Source: Gemmatimonadota bacterium
GTDB lineage: Bacteria; Latescibacterota; UBA2968; UBA8231
Length of the DNA stretch: 64,000 nucleotides
Direction of reading: 5' to 3'
NCBI GenBank assembly: GCA_028875345.1
Contig: JAPPEG010000101.1
Location: 79-64,078, forward strand
Positions 17,103 through 27,482 of the stretch are shown here, in pieces. A program made the translations under genes and the position numbers. Position 1 is the first letter of the stretch, and each line of letters begins with the position of its first letter. The notes beneath the pieces are model-generated. The model did no database searches, was not told the DNA's origin, and worked only from the letters and a program-made list of their open reading frames with translations.

Positions 17103-18647
17103 TTATTCCGCGTAGATGTCCTGCATCTGATAGGCGTCGAGCGAGACCAGTTCGGCGCTCTGGCCCTGTGCGCGCAGCGAGACCCCAACGCTGTCGGCGC
17201 GGTAGGGATAGACTCGTGCGGCCACGCATTGCTGGCCGTTGGCAAAGACCTCGACAACGCTCTTATCGACAAAAATCCGCAGCTTGAGCGTCTCGCCCGG
17301 AGTGAGGATGACCGGAGCGGTTTCTGGAGCGCGGGAGAGCACGTCGGGCGCAACAGAAGAATACGAGGTGTCGAGCGAGATCAGACTCTGGTGGTGGTCG
17401 CTGCCAAAGACGCGGTTGCGGAAGCCCCGATTTTTAAAAAAGGCAATGCGCGTGTACTCTTCCTTGCCGGGAGCGCGCAGGACATTGAGCTCGACCATGG
17501 GCGCGTCTTGCGGATCGATTTCAGCGACGATTTCCACGGCGTTGCCTTGGACTGAATCGAGGACGAGCTCTTCGTTGGCGGCGAGGGTAGTTTTGCCGAC
17601 GCGCTGATGGTCCCGCCGGAGCGACTCGAGGTCGCCGGCCGGCTCCATGGCCAGATCGTCGCCGACGACGGTCAGCCGGCGGGGCAAGGTCATAATCTGG
17701 TTCCAATTCTTGGTCGGTTTGCCGGGGTTCATGTTGAAGATGACCAAGACGCCGCCTTGGCCGTCGGGAGTCGCCGAAGGGGCGTGGACGCCCGAGGGCG
17801 AGGCCGCGCCAAAGTTGAATTTGGCCCCGTAGGTCACGACGAACTTGTCGCGCTCGGTGTCGTAGTCGCCGAGCAGGTACTGACCACCGCTTCTATGGCT
17901 GAAGAAAAGGAGGATGTGGCGGTCGCCGATCGGCCAGAAATAGGGACAGGCCCCGTCGTCGCCGACTAGCGTGTACCCGTCGTCCTCCGCGAAGGGATGG
18001 AGGTACTCCCAGTGTTCGAGATCGCTCGACCTGAAGAGGAAGTTGGCGCGCACGGGCTTGCCGGCCGGGCCTTCGGGTTTGGTGCCCGCCGACAGCGAGT
18101 AGTACGCGTCGCCCTGCTTCCAGATGCAGGGATCGAAGACTCGGTAGGGCGCGTCGGCGCGAATGGGGATCACGGCCTTGTTGGCGACCTTTTCCCAGTT
18201 GAGCAACAGCGGATCCGAAGAAGTGGCGACCATGTTGCCGACCTCAGTGCCGTGATACATGGCAATGACGCGGTCTTCCTCGACTAGCGCAGCACCCGAA
18301 AAACAGCAGCGCTCCGGGTTCGGATAAATGCAGTACGGCAGGTCGCGCCAGTGGACGAGATCGTCGCTGATGGCGTGGCCCCAGTGCTGGCGGGTATCCT
18401 CCGGTGGATAGGCTTGGTAGAAGAGATGGTAGCGGCCCTGCCAGAAGCACAGTCCGTTGGGGTCGTTGAGATTGGCTTCGGGATTGATGTAGTGGTAGAT
18501 GGGGCGGTGTGGGTCTCCGGCGTACGAGCGGCGCGCTTCAAGCAGGCGCTGCATCAGCGGATTGGTGGCCAGTGATTCCTCTTGTTCGGCCAAGGTGTCG
18601 GGGAAGGTGTAGTAGGGGACCTTTGACGTGTAGTCAGGCGCGGACAT
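17103..18647 (-). CDS. GH32 family glycoside hydrolase-like protein
   Basis: NDPNG, HWGHAIS, FSG, FDP motifs and C-terminal DKSVVEVF; the EC motif appears as AC. Confidence 0.88.
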   Translation of the reverse strand: MSAPDYTSKVPYYTFPDTLAEQEESLATNPLMQRLLEARRSYAGDPHRPIYHYINPEANLNDPNGLCFWQGRYHLFYQAYPPEDTRQHWGHAISDDLVHWRDLPYCIYPNPERCCFSGAALVEEDRVIAMYHGTEVGNMVATSSDPLLLNWEKVANKAVIPIRADAPYRVFDPCIWKQGDAYYSLSAGTKPEGPAGKPVRANFLFRSSDLEHWEYLHPFAEDDGYTLVGDDGACPYFWPIGDRHILLFFSHRSGGQYLLGDYDTERDKFVVTYGAKFNFGAASPSGVHAPSATPDGQGGVLVIFNMNPGKPTKNWNQIMTLPRRLTVVGDDLAMEPAGDLESLRRDHQRVGKTTLAANEELVLDSVQGNAVEIVAEIDPQDAPMVELNVLRAPGKEEYTRIAFFKNRGFRNRVFGSDHHQSLISLDTSYSSVAPDVLSRAPETAPVILTPGETLKLRIFVDKSVVEVFANGQQCVAARVYPYRADSVGVSLRAQGQSAELVSLDAYQMQDIYAE

Positions 18648-18717
18648 GATCTTAGTTCTCCGTCGTTAAGGGTTGGATGATCGAATTAGGTCTATGCAAT
18701 GCACAATTTCATGTCGC

Positions 18718-21600
18718 CTAATCAAGTCTACTCTCTTGTGGCCTGCAATCCGCCGCTGCGAGATCGACCCGGCCGTTTGGATGCTTGAACCGCGTACTTT
18801 TGGAAGCAAGTATACTATCAGCCACCTCGACCAGACCATTGTAAGCCTCATGGCGACTTTTTCTGTCAAAGCTAGGCACCGGCGCGGATGTAACTTGGGA
18901 CATTAGCCACTCGGCGAGGAATGGTGGATTCTCTGAAACCTTTCCCTTAGTGGTAGCAAATAGTGGGACGAACTCCTCAGTCAACGCCTTCCCTTGGTCG
19001 TTCTGCCAGCGTAGCTTAAATGCGGCAAGTACCCCTCGCTCTCCCACAGTCGATACGACCGAGGCGTACAGACCATCAAATGGTTGTGATTGTGCCAACT
19101 CAATCAAATGCTGAAAAAACTTCGTCTCAAAATCGAGTAATACGACATTATTTTGAAGTCGATGTGCAAGCCGTCGATTCGTTGTAACTCTCACTACCGT
19201 TCGTCGACCAAACTCAGGAAACTTGCCTTGCATGTCTTTGGGTAGGCGGATTTCCAAAACTTCGCCATCGTATAGAGTTGCTTGCAGGTCAATGTCAGTG
19301 ATCGGCAACACCTTGCGAATGAACAGATCGACGTGTTGCATAGTGAAGCCAATGGTGCCCCCTAAAGCATTCGGGTCGTAACCTGCAACGTAAGTAAAAA
19401 CTTCATCCTGCAATTTTTTAGCCTCTTGAGCCCGTTTCAGTGCTTTGTCGATATCTTCTTGTGTGCGTTTAATGTTCATATCCGTTGCCGATCTCAGAAT
19501 TGAGGATAGATCCATATTTTCCAAAATTTCGCCTAAAATTTCGGCATCAAGTCTTTCATTGTACTCCTCGCCTACAGGTGCCATGTCCTGTACGATGTTG
19601 GTTATCCGTTGAAGCATCAAATCAATCGCAGAGTTATCGAAACTGTCGCGAGCGTGTAGATTAAAGACAACGACTTTTTTCTTTTGACCATAGCGGTATA
19701 ATCGGCCAATACGCTGGACCAATCGAGACGGATTCCATGGCAAATCGTAATTTACCATCACGTAACACGACTCATGTAGATTGATGCCCTCGCCGCCAGC
19801 TTCCGTTGAAACCATAAATTGTGCCGACTCGTTGAAGGCACTAATGGCCTCCAGTTTCTCATCCAATCCCATTGAGCCATTTAGCAGCTCGATTTCGCCT
19901 ACTTCGGGAAACTGATCCTCAAGTGCTTCCTTAAGGTAGATTTGCGTTCCCCGGTATTCCGTAAAGACCAAGAGTTTCTCGCCTTTCTCAACAAGCGGTG
20001 CAACGACTTCATTGAGAAACATTTGTAGCTTTTCGTCGTTCTGATACACGGCCTTTGCTGCCTCAAGCAAGCCTTCGATCATTTCCCCTTCGTGAGCGAA
20101 AAATTCCTTAGCCCCAGTGCTCGATATACTCATTGCAAGATCGTCTTGATCATCTCCGCCCTCGGATAGATCGTCTAGCGTCAATTCCCTCTCTAGACCA
20201 TCCTCTTTGTATTCATTCAACTCGCCAGATAATTTTTCTAGCCGCAACTGGAGGGAGCGTTCGATGGCTGCAATGCTAGATGAGGCGAGTTTTCGGTATG
20301 TTGTCATAACGAAGCCGATGGCACGACCGGTACTTCCTCCCTTTTCCCCCGATCTATAACCGTGTCGCAGATACTCGTCTAGTAATTTCTGGAATTTGAG
20401 CGTTTCCCTTGATGGCCTTACCGGGATCCGATGTATATCTTGTCCTTTGAAAATGAACTGACCATCGGCATCAGTAACCTCGCTTTTGCGATTTCTTAAG
20501 ATCAGGTCACTCACTATTTCTGGATTGAATCTAAGTGTGTGTATCTGCCGTCTAAGATCAGGCCGTACGAGCTCCAATATCGATATAAACCGGTCTACAT
20601 AACCTTGATGAGGGGTACCACTTAAAAGAAAAAAACCATCGGACATCGGCCGTAGCATTTCTGCCAATTTATAGCGATCCGCTCGCTCGCCACTGGCATG
20701 CCGAGTGAGCTTGTGACCCTCGTCGAATACAACGATGTCCCATCCACCAGCCTGCCGAAATACCTCCATGTGATTTTCCCGTTTGGCAAGGTCAATGGAG
20801 GCAATTACATGGTCGTAGCGTTTCCAGTGTTCATGATCGTGAATACTGAAATCACGTCCGTATATCATAAACTCTTGGTCAAACTTGTGCTTGAGTTCGT
20901 CTTGCCATTGTCGAGTTAGACCAGCCGGTGAAACTACCAGCACACGACGTGCTTGCCCTTTGCGCTTGAGAGCTGCAAGAAGCAATCCAACCTCGATGGT
21001 TTTGCCTAGTCCGACATCATCGGCAATTAACCAGTTGTAGTTTCCAGAACTCAGAATCCGATGAACGAGCTGAATCTGATGCGGTAGCGGATCGACGTCT
21101 AAACGATCTAGCGAACCAGTCAGATGGTTCCAGTTTTCGAGTGCGTGTGCCAAGAGACGAAGACGGAATCTTTCGGCGTGGTCTTCGACGCTCGTTTCGG
21201 TACGCTCGTAACGCATTTTCACTGTCTTGATTCGACGTAGATTCTCGTATGGTAACCAAACCGAACTGCCGTCTTCATCGAATTGCACAAGGCACTGATC
21301 GCGTTGGGCTAGTTTGCGTTGGCCGATGATCGTCCCTCGTCCTAGAGGCTTGCGCGTTGCCGAAATCGGTACATCCTGAACGGCCCATCCTCTTTGGAAA
21401 CCAGACTCTAAGTCGCCAATGTCTAGCCACTCTTGCCAAGAGCGGTTAGGTGTCCACCAAGTAACCTTAACCTTTAGAGAGCCTACTTTTCGATCCACTA
21501 CTTGTCCCAACGGCTCTTTATTACCGCGCCGTTGGACCCAACAATCTTCGACCGGAATTAAAACGTCTATTGTCATCGTCGTTTTCCTTTTCCTCGCCAT
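18718..21600 (-). CDS. SNF2-family helicase/ATPase (RapA/DrmD-like architecture); start may be ATG 21576
   Basis: PLPHQ, LIADDVGLGKT, DEGH, SGTPHQG, STEAGGEGINL, YDLPWNP, QRIGRLYRYGQ; lower GC than the flanks. Confidence 0.93.
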   Translation of the reverse strand: MARKRKTTMTIDVLIPVEDCWVQRRGNKEPLGQVVDRKVGSLKVKVTWWTPNRSWQEWLDIGDLESGFQRGWAVQDVPISATRKPLGRGTIIGQRKLAQRDQCLVQFDEDGSSVWLPYENLRRIKTVKMRYERTETSVEDHAERFRLRLLAHALENWNHLTGSLDRLDVDPLPHQIQLVHRILSSGNYNWLIADDVGLGKTIEVGLLLAALKRKGQARRVLVVSPAGLTRQWQDELKHKFDQEFMIYGRDFSIHDHEHWKRYDHVIASIDLAKRENHMEVFRQAGGWDIVVFDEGHKLTRHASGERADRYKLAEMLRPMSDGFFLLSGTPHQGYVDRFISILELVRPDLRRQIHTLRFNPEIVSDLILRNRKSEVTDADGQFIFKGQDIHRIPVRPSRETLKFQKLLDEYLRHGYRSGEKGGSTGRAIGFVMTTYRKLASSSIAAIERSLQLRLEKLSGELNEYKEDGLERELTLDDLSEGGDDQDDLAMSISSTGAKEFFAHEGEMIEGLLEAAKAVYQNDEKLQMFLNEVVAPLVEKGEKLLVFTEYRGTQIYLKEALEDQFPEVGEIELLNGSMGLDEKLEAISAFNESAQFMVSTEAGGEGINLHESCYVMVNYDLPWNPSRLVQRIGRLYRYGQKKKVVVFNLHARDSFDNSAIDLMLQRITNIVQDMAPVGEEYNERLDAEILGEILENMDLSSILRSATDMNIKRTQEDIDKALKRAQEAKKLQDEVFTYVAGYDPNALGGTIGFTMQHVDLFIRKVLPITDIDLQATLYDGEVLEIRLPKDMQGKFPEFGRRTVVRVTTNRRLAHRLQNNVVLLDFETKFFQHLIELAQSQPFDGLYASVVSTVGERGVLAAFKLRWQNDQGKALTEEFVPLFATTKGKVSENPPFLAEWLMSQVTSAPVPSFDRKSRHEAYNGLVEVADSILASKSTRFKHPNGRVDLAAADCRPQESRLD

Positions 21601-22793
21601 AGGTCTATTTGTGGAACTGAGTGGGCCGCAGTCGCAGTAGTACGCTCAAACGCATCGGGCCTTTTCTCACATTGCCCCCGCTGACTCAAGCCATAGTCCA
21701 AAAGTTCGGTATCGAGATTTTGTATTTTCACGTCGATATAGGAGGAGAAACTCATGTAGTAATCATGGGAGGACCAAGGCGGCAACCTCAGCCATTCGTC
21801 GAGCCAATCGTCATCGATCATCATTTCTGGGGGGTAATCCTTCCGCTCCAGACACACGCGATGTGCAACAACCCACGTAAAAGCCGTCGCGCCGTTGGAA
21901 AGCCGTCTGACTCTGTACCTCCGAGAATAACGTCCTTTCCACCAGTCCATTCGCTGTCTCCAGATACTCCGTAACTCCACCATCGCCTTCAGGGTCTCAA
22001 AATCCAGTCCATCCGATGCTATTCTTTTTATTGCTTGAAAAGTACTTGAATGAGAATAGTCCGGATGGTCAAATAAATCTGTCAAATAGGTCAGAGCTAT
22101 CTCCTGATCATCGCGGCCCGTCAGATAGAGTAAACTCGTTATGTCCGCTGCCTTATCACGGGCGCGCCGAATCGACGGCCCTTCTTCTTCAGCTTCAGTC
22201 TCCCATAGCTTCTGCTGAGCATCCCCATCAAATTCGGGGATGTCGTCGAAGAGGAGGTCTGAATCCTCGTGTGCCGAATCATCAGAATCACTGTATTCAA
22301 ATCCATCGTCTTCTGTCTCATAGAGCAGACCAGCATCAAGCCAATCTTGGTCTGACGAAAAACTATCATCATCCGCCGACTCCATTGTCTCAACATCGGC
22401 ACAGAGCATGTCCTCTGTCGCCTTTTCAAGGGCATTCCTATCCTCCTTGTCTTCAGACACCATCGGAGTGGTGCTATCCACCGTGGACGCTCGTTCTGTT
22501 TCGATTTTGTCTTCGCTTGTGAGTGTATCTTGTGGCTCATCAGACTCTAACGAGCTCGTTTCGTCAGGTGCAAAATCACGGACACTGCCCTCCGCAGGTA
22601 CGCTCTTGGGTCCATCCAGCGTACTGAGCCCGCTCTCCACGCTTTTTTCTTTCTTTAGCCCTATATTTTCGTCTGATCCCGTCGTGTCTTCGGGATCCCA
22701 CGGATCGAAGACTTTTTCGTCCTCTACCTCAGTTCGATGATGATCCGACGCCTCCCAGTATGAATTGGGAGAGGGAATAGGAGGGGACTTCAT
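21573..22793 (-). CDS. Hypothetical protein with long acidic N-terminal region and Trp-rich folded C-terminal domain
   Basis: ORF 21573..22796, likely start ATG 22793; its stop overlaps the helicase start region; same lower-GC island. Confidence 0.7.
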   Translation of the reverse strand: MKSPPIPSPNSYWEASDHHRTEVEDEKVFDPWDPEDTTGSDENIGLKKEKSVESGLSTLDGPKSVPAEGSVRDFAPDETSSLESDEPQDTLTSEDKIETERASTVDSTTPMVSEDKEDRNALEKATEDMLCADVETMESADDDSFSSDQDWLDAGLLYETEDDGFEYSDSDDSAHEDSDLLFDDIPEFDGDAQQKLWETEAEEEGPSIRRARDKAADITSLLYLTGRDDQEIALTYLTDLFDHPDYSHSSTFQAIKRIASDGLDFETLKAMVELRSIWRQRMDWWKGRYSRRYRVRRLSNGATAFTWVVAHRVCLERKDYPPEMMIDDDWLDEWLRLPPWSSHDYYMSFSSYIDVKIQNLDTELLDYGLSQRGQCEKRPDAFERTTATAAHSVPQIDLWRGKGKRR

Positions 22794-22888
22794 CAATTCA
22801 GTAGGTTAGCAGCCAAGGCCGCTGCCTGTTCCAGGGTAGGGTCGGATACGTTAGGGACCTTTGATATGTAAGCGGATGATGAGATCAT
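22793..22888 (-). CDS. Small ORF (31 aa) translationally coupled to the acidic protein
   Basis: GGAGG SD; MISSSAYISKVPNVSDPTLEQAAALAANLLN*; TGATG overlap with ATG 22793. Confidence 0.4.
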   Translation of the reverse strand: MISSSAYISKVPNVSDPTLEQAAALAANLLN

Positions 22889-23060
22889 GGGATGAGCCTC
22901 CAGTTCGATAAATGGTCGTTAGCGCGGCGAGAAAGTATAGGTCTTACGCGGGCGTCAATCCAGTCTTGAGCAGAAGACAACGCGCCGCTGCCTGTGCAGT
23001 ACGGTTTGACAATCACCGTGCGAATACGCTCTATTCCCTTTAATTACATTCCAACAAGTC

Positions 23061-24038
23061 ATGCGCATAGACTGCCAGACCCATATTTTCCCCGTCGAGT
23101 ACGCGGAAGTTTTGACCCAAAACCCCGAGTGGCCGCAAACCGTGCTAGAAGCCGACCAGTTCGTTCTCACCTATAAAGATGCTCAGACATTTGTCATGGG
23201 GCGGGAGGCTTACGGAGTCGAGCGCAAGCTGAGTGCCATGGACGCAGCCAGCATTGACATCAGCGCCCTCAGCGTGAATATGCCCGGGCCGGAAAACCTC
23301 GCACCAGAGCTAGCGGTGCCCGCCGCCCGCGCTGGCAACGACGCTTTGGCCGAAGCTGTGGCACAGCATCCAGGCCGCTTCGTCGGCTTGGCCTGCTTGC
23401 CTTGGCAGAACACTGAGGATGCGCTGGCGGAGTTGGAGCGCGCCGTCGGCACCCTCGGCCACCGAGGGGTGATGCTCTATTCGCACATTGTGGGCGTCGA
23501 GGTGGACGACGTGGCGTTGGATCCGCTGTATCGGCGCATCGCCGAGTTGGGCGTCCCGGTCGTCCTGCATCCGAGCGTGCCACCTTGGGGCGAGGCCATC
23601 AAGCACCACTCCATGATCCCCATGGCAGGTTTGATGGTGCATCAGAGTTTTGCCACCTTGCAGTTGATTTTGGGCGGCGTCCTCGAACGCCATCCCCAGC
23701 TCAAGGTCGTGCAGCCGCACTGCGGAGGTGTGTTGCCGTATCTGTGGGGACGCGTCGAGCATCAGACCGAGACCTTGCGCCGAGGCCGGGCGCAGATCAG
23801 CCAACCTGTCGGCAGGTACTATAAACGAGTTTATTTAGACGTGGTTTCCCCGTGGCCGCCAGCACTGAAGCTCGCTTATGAGTTTGCCGGCAGCGACCGG
23901 CTGCTCTTTGCCAGCGACCATCCGTGGGTGGAGATCGACGTGTTGAGTCGGCTGGTGGAGGACATGGACATTCCCGCCGAGGACAAAGACGCCATCTTCG
24001 GGCGTAATGCCTGTGCGTTGTTCGGAATCGGCGGCTAA
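23061..24038 (+). CDS. Amidohydrolase family protein (Amidohydro_2, decarboxylase/hydrolase-like)
   Basis: IDCQTH, VLHP, PHCGG, LFASDHP, NACALF. Confidence 0.9.
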   Translation: MRIDCQTHIFPVEYAEVLTQNPEWPQTVLEADQFVLTYKDAQTFVMGREAYGVERKLSAMDAASIDISALSVNMPGPENLAPELAVPAARAGNDALAEAVAQHPGRFVGLACLPWQNTEDALAELERAVGTLGHRGVMLYSHIVGVEVDDVALDPLYRRIAELGVPVVLHPSVPPWGEAIKHHSMIPMAGLMVHQSFATLQLILGGVLERHPQLKVVQPHCGGVLPYLWGRVEHQTETLRRGRAQISQPVGRYYKRVYLDVVSPWPPALKLAYEFAGSDRLLFASDHPWVEIDVLSRLVEDMDIPAEDKDAIFGRNACALFGIGG

Positions 24039-24069
24039 TCGCGCAATCGCAAAAAGGAGCAAAACTTCT

Positions 24070-24732
24070 ATGGTCAAACCCGAAGTACTAGCAGCCTTTA
24101 AGGAATTCGACTCGCCGACGATTTTCAACGCCATCGTGTTAAAGTGCGGCCTGCCCAACGAAGAGTACACCGACCACCGGATTCGCTACCTGCTACCGGA
24201 ATTGGGACCAGTCATCGGCTATGCAGTGACCGCGGAAGTAACGACCAACGACCCGGACTCCGTAGCAGTCCCTTGGGACGGGTACTACGAGGCAATCGAC
24301 GCCACGGAGGGACCCGTGTTCGCGGTAATGAAGGACGTGGACTCGCGTCCCGGACGCGGAGCCAGTTTTGGCGACGGCATGGCACGGCTGCACCAGCGGC
24401 TAGGCGCGGTGGGAGCCGTTGTCGATGGAACAGTGCGCGACTTGGAGGGGATCCGCCGGGTCGGGCTGCCGATCTTCGCTTGGGGGACGGTGCCAGGGCA
24501 CGGCGTATTCAACGCGACGCGAGTCAACGCGCCAATTACCGTAGGGTCGGTGCGGATTCGGCCGGGAGACCTGATCTTTGGCGACGGCGACGGCTGCGTG
24601 CGCATCCCGCTGGAGCACGCCGAGGAAGTGTTGGAATTGGCCGCAGAAGTGCGGGACAAGGAAGCCGAGATTTTTGCGCTGTACGATTCAGACGACTTTT
24701 CCCTCGCCAAGTGGCGAGAGTCGCGCCGGTAG
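24070..24732 (+). CDS. RraA/HMG-aldolase family protein
   Basis: AAGGAG SD, GYAVT, FGDGM, DGTVRD, PGDLIFGDGDG. Confidence 0.9.
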   Translation: MVKPEVLAAFKEFDSPTIFNAIVLKCGLPNEEYTDHRIRYLLPELGPVIGYAVTAEVTTNDPDSVAVPWDGYYEAIDATEGPVFAVMKDVDSRPGRGASFGDGMARLHQRLGAVGAVVDGTVRDLEGIRRVGLPIFAWGTVPGHGVFNATRVNAPITVGSVRIRPGDLIFGDGDGCVRIPLEHAEEVLELAAEVRDKEAEIFALYDSDDFSLAKWRESRR

Positions 24733-24753
24733 GGGCAACCTTGTAGGTTGCCC
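24729..24753 (+). repeat. REP-like element (GTAG plus hairpin)
   Basis: GTAG-GGGCAACC-TTGTA-GGTTGCCC overlapping the RraA stop codon. Confidence 0.6.
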
Positions 24754-24778
24754 TCATCGCCGCCCAAAGGAGGACACT

Positions 24779-25654
24779 ATGGAGACCACCACGGTAAAAA
24801 TTGATCCCAAAGAAGAAATCGGCTTTATGACGGTCGATGAGACTGATTTTGCCGCTTTCTCCTTAAGCCAGCAGATCCGCCATCTCGAAATGGAGGGCTA
24901 CGTGCTCATGCCAGACGTGCTTGACGCCGAGCACATTGCAGCGCTAAAGGCCGAGCTAAAAGACCTGCCGATGGGACAAAAGGACTACAGCGAGGCTCAA
25001 ACCTTCCACCACGAGCCCCAATGCGCGAGCCGGTTGGTAGCCGAGTTGATCGGCTATCCGCCGATCGCGGAATTCCTCAAAGCGCTCATGGGGCCGGACA
25101 TCGTCTTCACGCACGGGCTTTTTACCCGCACCCTCTCCGGCTCGCCGGGCATTTCAATGCACACCGACGGCCAGCCATTCGGCTCGTCGATCTTTGGCTT
25201 CGAAGGCTCTTCGCCGCGCCTTTTGCGGGTGCTCTACTACCTCGACGACCTGTCGCCCGAGCGCGCGCCCTTCCGGCTCATCCCGCGCTCCCATCTCTCG
25301 TTCCACGCCCAAGCCAACCCGTACGTGCGCTATGTCTCGCACCCGCAGGAAATCACGCTCTGTGCCAAGGCCGGTTCGGTAGTAATGATCCCCGCCCTCC
25401 TCTTCCACGGCACCCATCCCAACAGGGACTTGGCCCCTCGGGAACTGATCCAGTTCGGCTACCGGCCAGCTTGGGCGGGGCCAGTTCAGCCGATGGACGA
25501 GTGGGATTCGGAATGGGTGGAAAACGCGCCGGCCGTGGCCAAACCTTTTCTCCAAAGCCGCAACACCACCGGCAAGGAGTGGAAACAAGTCCACAAACCC
25601 CAGGGCATGCAGCACGACGCACCGGGCATCAATCCAGACCGCTGGGGGGACTAA
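24779..25654 (+). CDS. Phytanoyl-CoA dioxygenase family protein (canonical HxD)
   Basis: AGGAGG SD, MHTDG, IPRSH, FHGTHPN..R. Confidence 0.88.
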   Translation: METTTVKIDPKEEIGFMTVDETDFAAFSLSQQIRHLEMEGYVLMPDVLDAEHIAALKAELKDLPMGQKDYSEAQTFHHEPQCASRLVAELIGYPPIAEFLKALMGPDIVFTHGLFTRTLSGSPGISMHTDGQPFGSSIFGFEGSSPRLLRVLYYLDDLSPERAPFRLIPRSHLSFHAQANPYVRYVSHPQEITLCAKAGSVVMIPALLFHGTHPNRDLAPRELIQFGYRPAWAGPVQPMDEWDSEWVENAPAVAKPFLQSRNTTGKEWKQVHKPQGMQHDAPGINPDRWGD

Positions 25655-25656
25655 TC

Positions 25657-26394
25657 GTGAAACTAGCTGAACTCACTTGGCCCGATCTAGAGCAGGTATC
25701 CAGAGACGACACGGTAGTCGTATATCCCATCGCGGCATTTGAGCAGCACGGGCCGCATCTGCCGTTTATAACGGACACCGCCGAGGTCGCCGCCATCGTC
25801 GATCGCCTCGACGCGGAAATTCCCGATCAGGTCCTCTGTCTCCCGGCGCAATGGCTGGGCTACTCTCCGCACCACCTGCGGTTTAAGGGCACGATAACAG
25901 CCCGATCAGAGACCCACATCAACATGATCGTCGATACCGTCAGCAGCATGGTCCACGCCGACTTCGACAAAATCCTCATCGTCAACGGCCACGGCGGCAA
26001 CGTTCCCAATATGAACGTCTCCCTCCAGCGCCTGATGGAGAAGTGCCCCGACGCGAGAATCTATGGAACCTCTTGGTTTGCCTACGACGAGCTAGGCGAG
26101 ATCAGAGAGGCGGGGCCCCACGGTTGGGGGCACGCGGGCGAGATGGAAACTTCGCTGATGATGGCCCTGCATCCCGAGTGGGTCAAAGCAGATCGCCTGC
26201 AAAAGGACGGCCATCCGCCGCAATCCGAGCGCGCCGGCCAAGTCTCCCGCTACCGCTGGATCCACCAATCGACCGACCAAGGCACCTACGGCGATCCCAC
26301 TTATGGGTCTGCCGAAAAAGGAGAGCGCTTCATCAGCGCTGCAGTCGAGGTGTTGGTCCGCATCGTCGAGGACATAAGGAAAGGTCACTTGTAA
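25657..26394 (+). CDS. Creatininase/creatinine amidohydrolase family protein
   Basis: GTG start; EQHGPHLP..TD, NGHGGN, HAGEMETS. Confidence 0.92.
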   Translation: MKLAELTWPDLEQVSRDDTVVVYPIAAFEQHGPHLPFITDTAEVAAIVDRLDAEIPDQVLCLPAQWLGYSPHHLRFKGTITARSETHINMIVDTVSSMVHADFDKILIVNGHGGNVPNMNVSLQRLMEKCPDARIYGTSWFAYDELGEIREAGPHGWGHAGEMETSLMMALHPEWVKADRLQKDGHPPQSERAGQVSRYRWIHQSTDQGTYGDPTYGSAEKGERFISAAVEVLVRIVEDIRKGHL

Positions 26395-26468
26395 GTCCGT
26401 GAATACAACTTGCCCGGCCAGCACCAAATTGCGACCGTAAGGCTAGCTTTTTTAGAGGAGGACGTCCC

Positions 26469-27482
26469 ATGGAAATGACAAAAAACCAGCGCAAAATAAA
26501 CTGGTATCGGTGTCCCCTGCCGCGCGAGACGCTCGCTGCGCTCAACCAGCGCAGCGACTTTTGGGGGTTACTGCAAACGCTGGGGCATTTGGGTCTGCTG
26601 GCGGCGACGGGCGCAGGGGCTTGGTACGCGGCGGAGCACTTGGCCCTGCCGTGGCTGCTGCTGATCCTCTTTTTCCACGGCACGTTCTACGCCTTTTTGC
26701 TCAACGGCTTCCACGAATTGTGTCACTCCACAGTCTTCAAGAGCAAGTTCCTCAACTACTTCTTCCTGCGCGTGTTCAGCTTTCTCGGCGGGTATAACCA
26801 CATCCACTTCTGGACCAGTCACGCCGAGCACCACAAGTACACTCTACACCCGCCCGACGATCTCGAAGTGGTCCTGCCGGCCCGATTGCGATTCGTGGAT
26901 TTTCTCAAGAGTGCCATTGTAAATCCGTGGGGCTTGTACGCCCGCTACAAGGCGACTTGGCGGCGGGCACGCGGGAAATTAGAGGGCGAATGGGAGCTGG
27001 CGATCTTCCCCGAGTCGGACCCAGACAAGCGGCGACGGCTCATCCGCTGGGATCGCTTCTTGCTGGTGGGGCACGCCCTAATCGTAGTAGTATCCTTGTA
27101 CTTCGGCCTGTGGATGGTGCCAGTGCTCGTTACGCTCGCGCCTTTTTACGGCGGCTGGTTGCTGTTTCTGTGCAACAACACCCAGCACATCGGCTTGCAG
27201 GACGACGTGCCGGACTTCCGGCTCTGCACCCGCACGGTCATCTTGAATCCGTTCTTCCGCTTCCTCTACTGGCACATGAACTACCACATCGAACACCACA
27301 TGTACGCCGGCGTGCCGTGCTACCGGCTCGGCAAGCTGCACGCGGCCATCAAAAGCGACCTCCCGCACTGTCCGCAGGGATTGTATGCAGCGTGGACGGA
27401 GATCGCCGCCATCCTCGAACGACAAAAGGCCGAGCCAGACTACGAATACGTGCCGGAATTGCCCACGCCCGTCGCGGCTTGA
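26469..27482 (+). CDS. Fatty acid desaturase family protein
   Basis: His boxes HELCH, HAEHH, HIEHH. Confidence 0.9.
   Translation: MEMTKNQRKINWYRCPLPRETLAALNQRSDFWGLLQTLGHLGLLAATGAGAWYAAEHLALPWLLLILFFHGTFYAFLLNGFHELCHSTVFKSKFLNYFFLRVFSFLGGYNHIHFWTSHAEHHKYTLHPPDDLEVVLPARLRFVDFLKSAIVNPWGLYARYKATWRRARGKLEGEWELAIFPESDPDKRRRLIRWDRFLLVGHALIVVVSLYFGLWMVPVLVTLAPFYGGWLLFLCNNTQHIGLQDDVPDFRLCTRTVILNPFFRFLYWHMNYHIEHHMYAGVPCYRLGKLHAAIKSDLPHCPQGLYAAWTEIAAILERQKAEPDYEYVPELPTPVAA

Noticed and set aside
18650-22930. SNF2 island as an integron cassette, or as DISARM/BREX
   Set aside because: No attC-like palindrome with proper R/L boxes, no integrase, and none of the other required defence genes.
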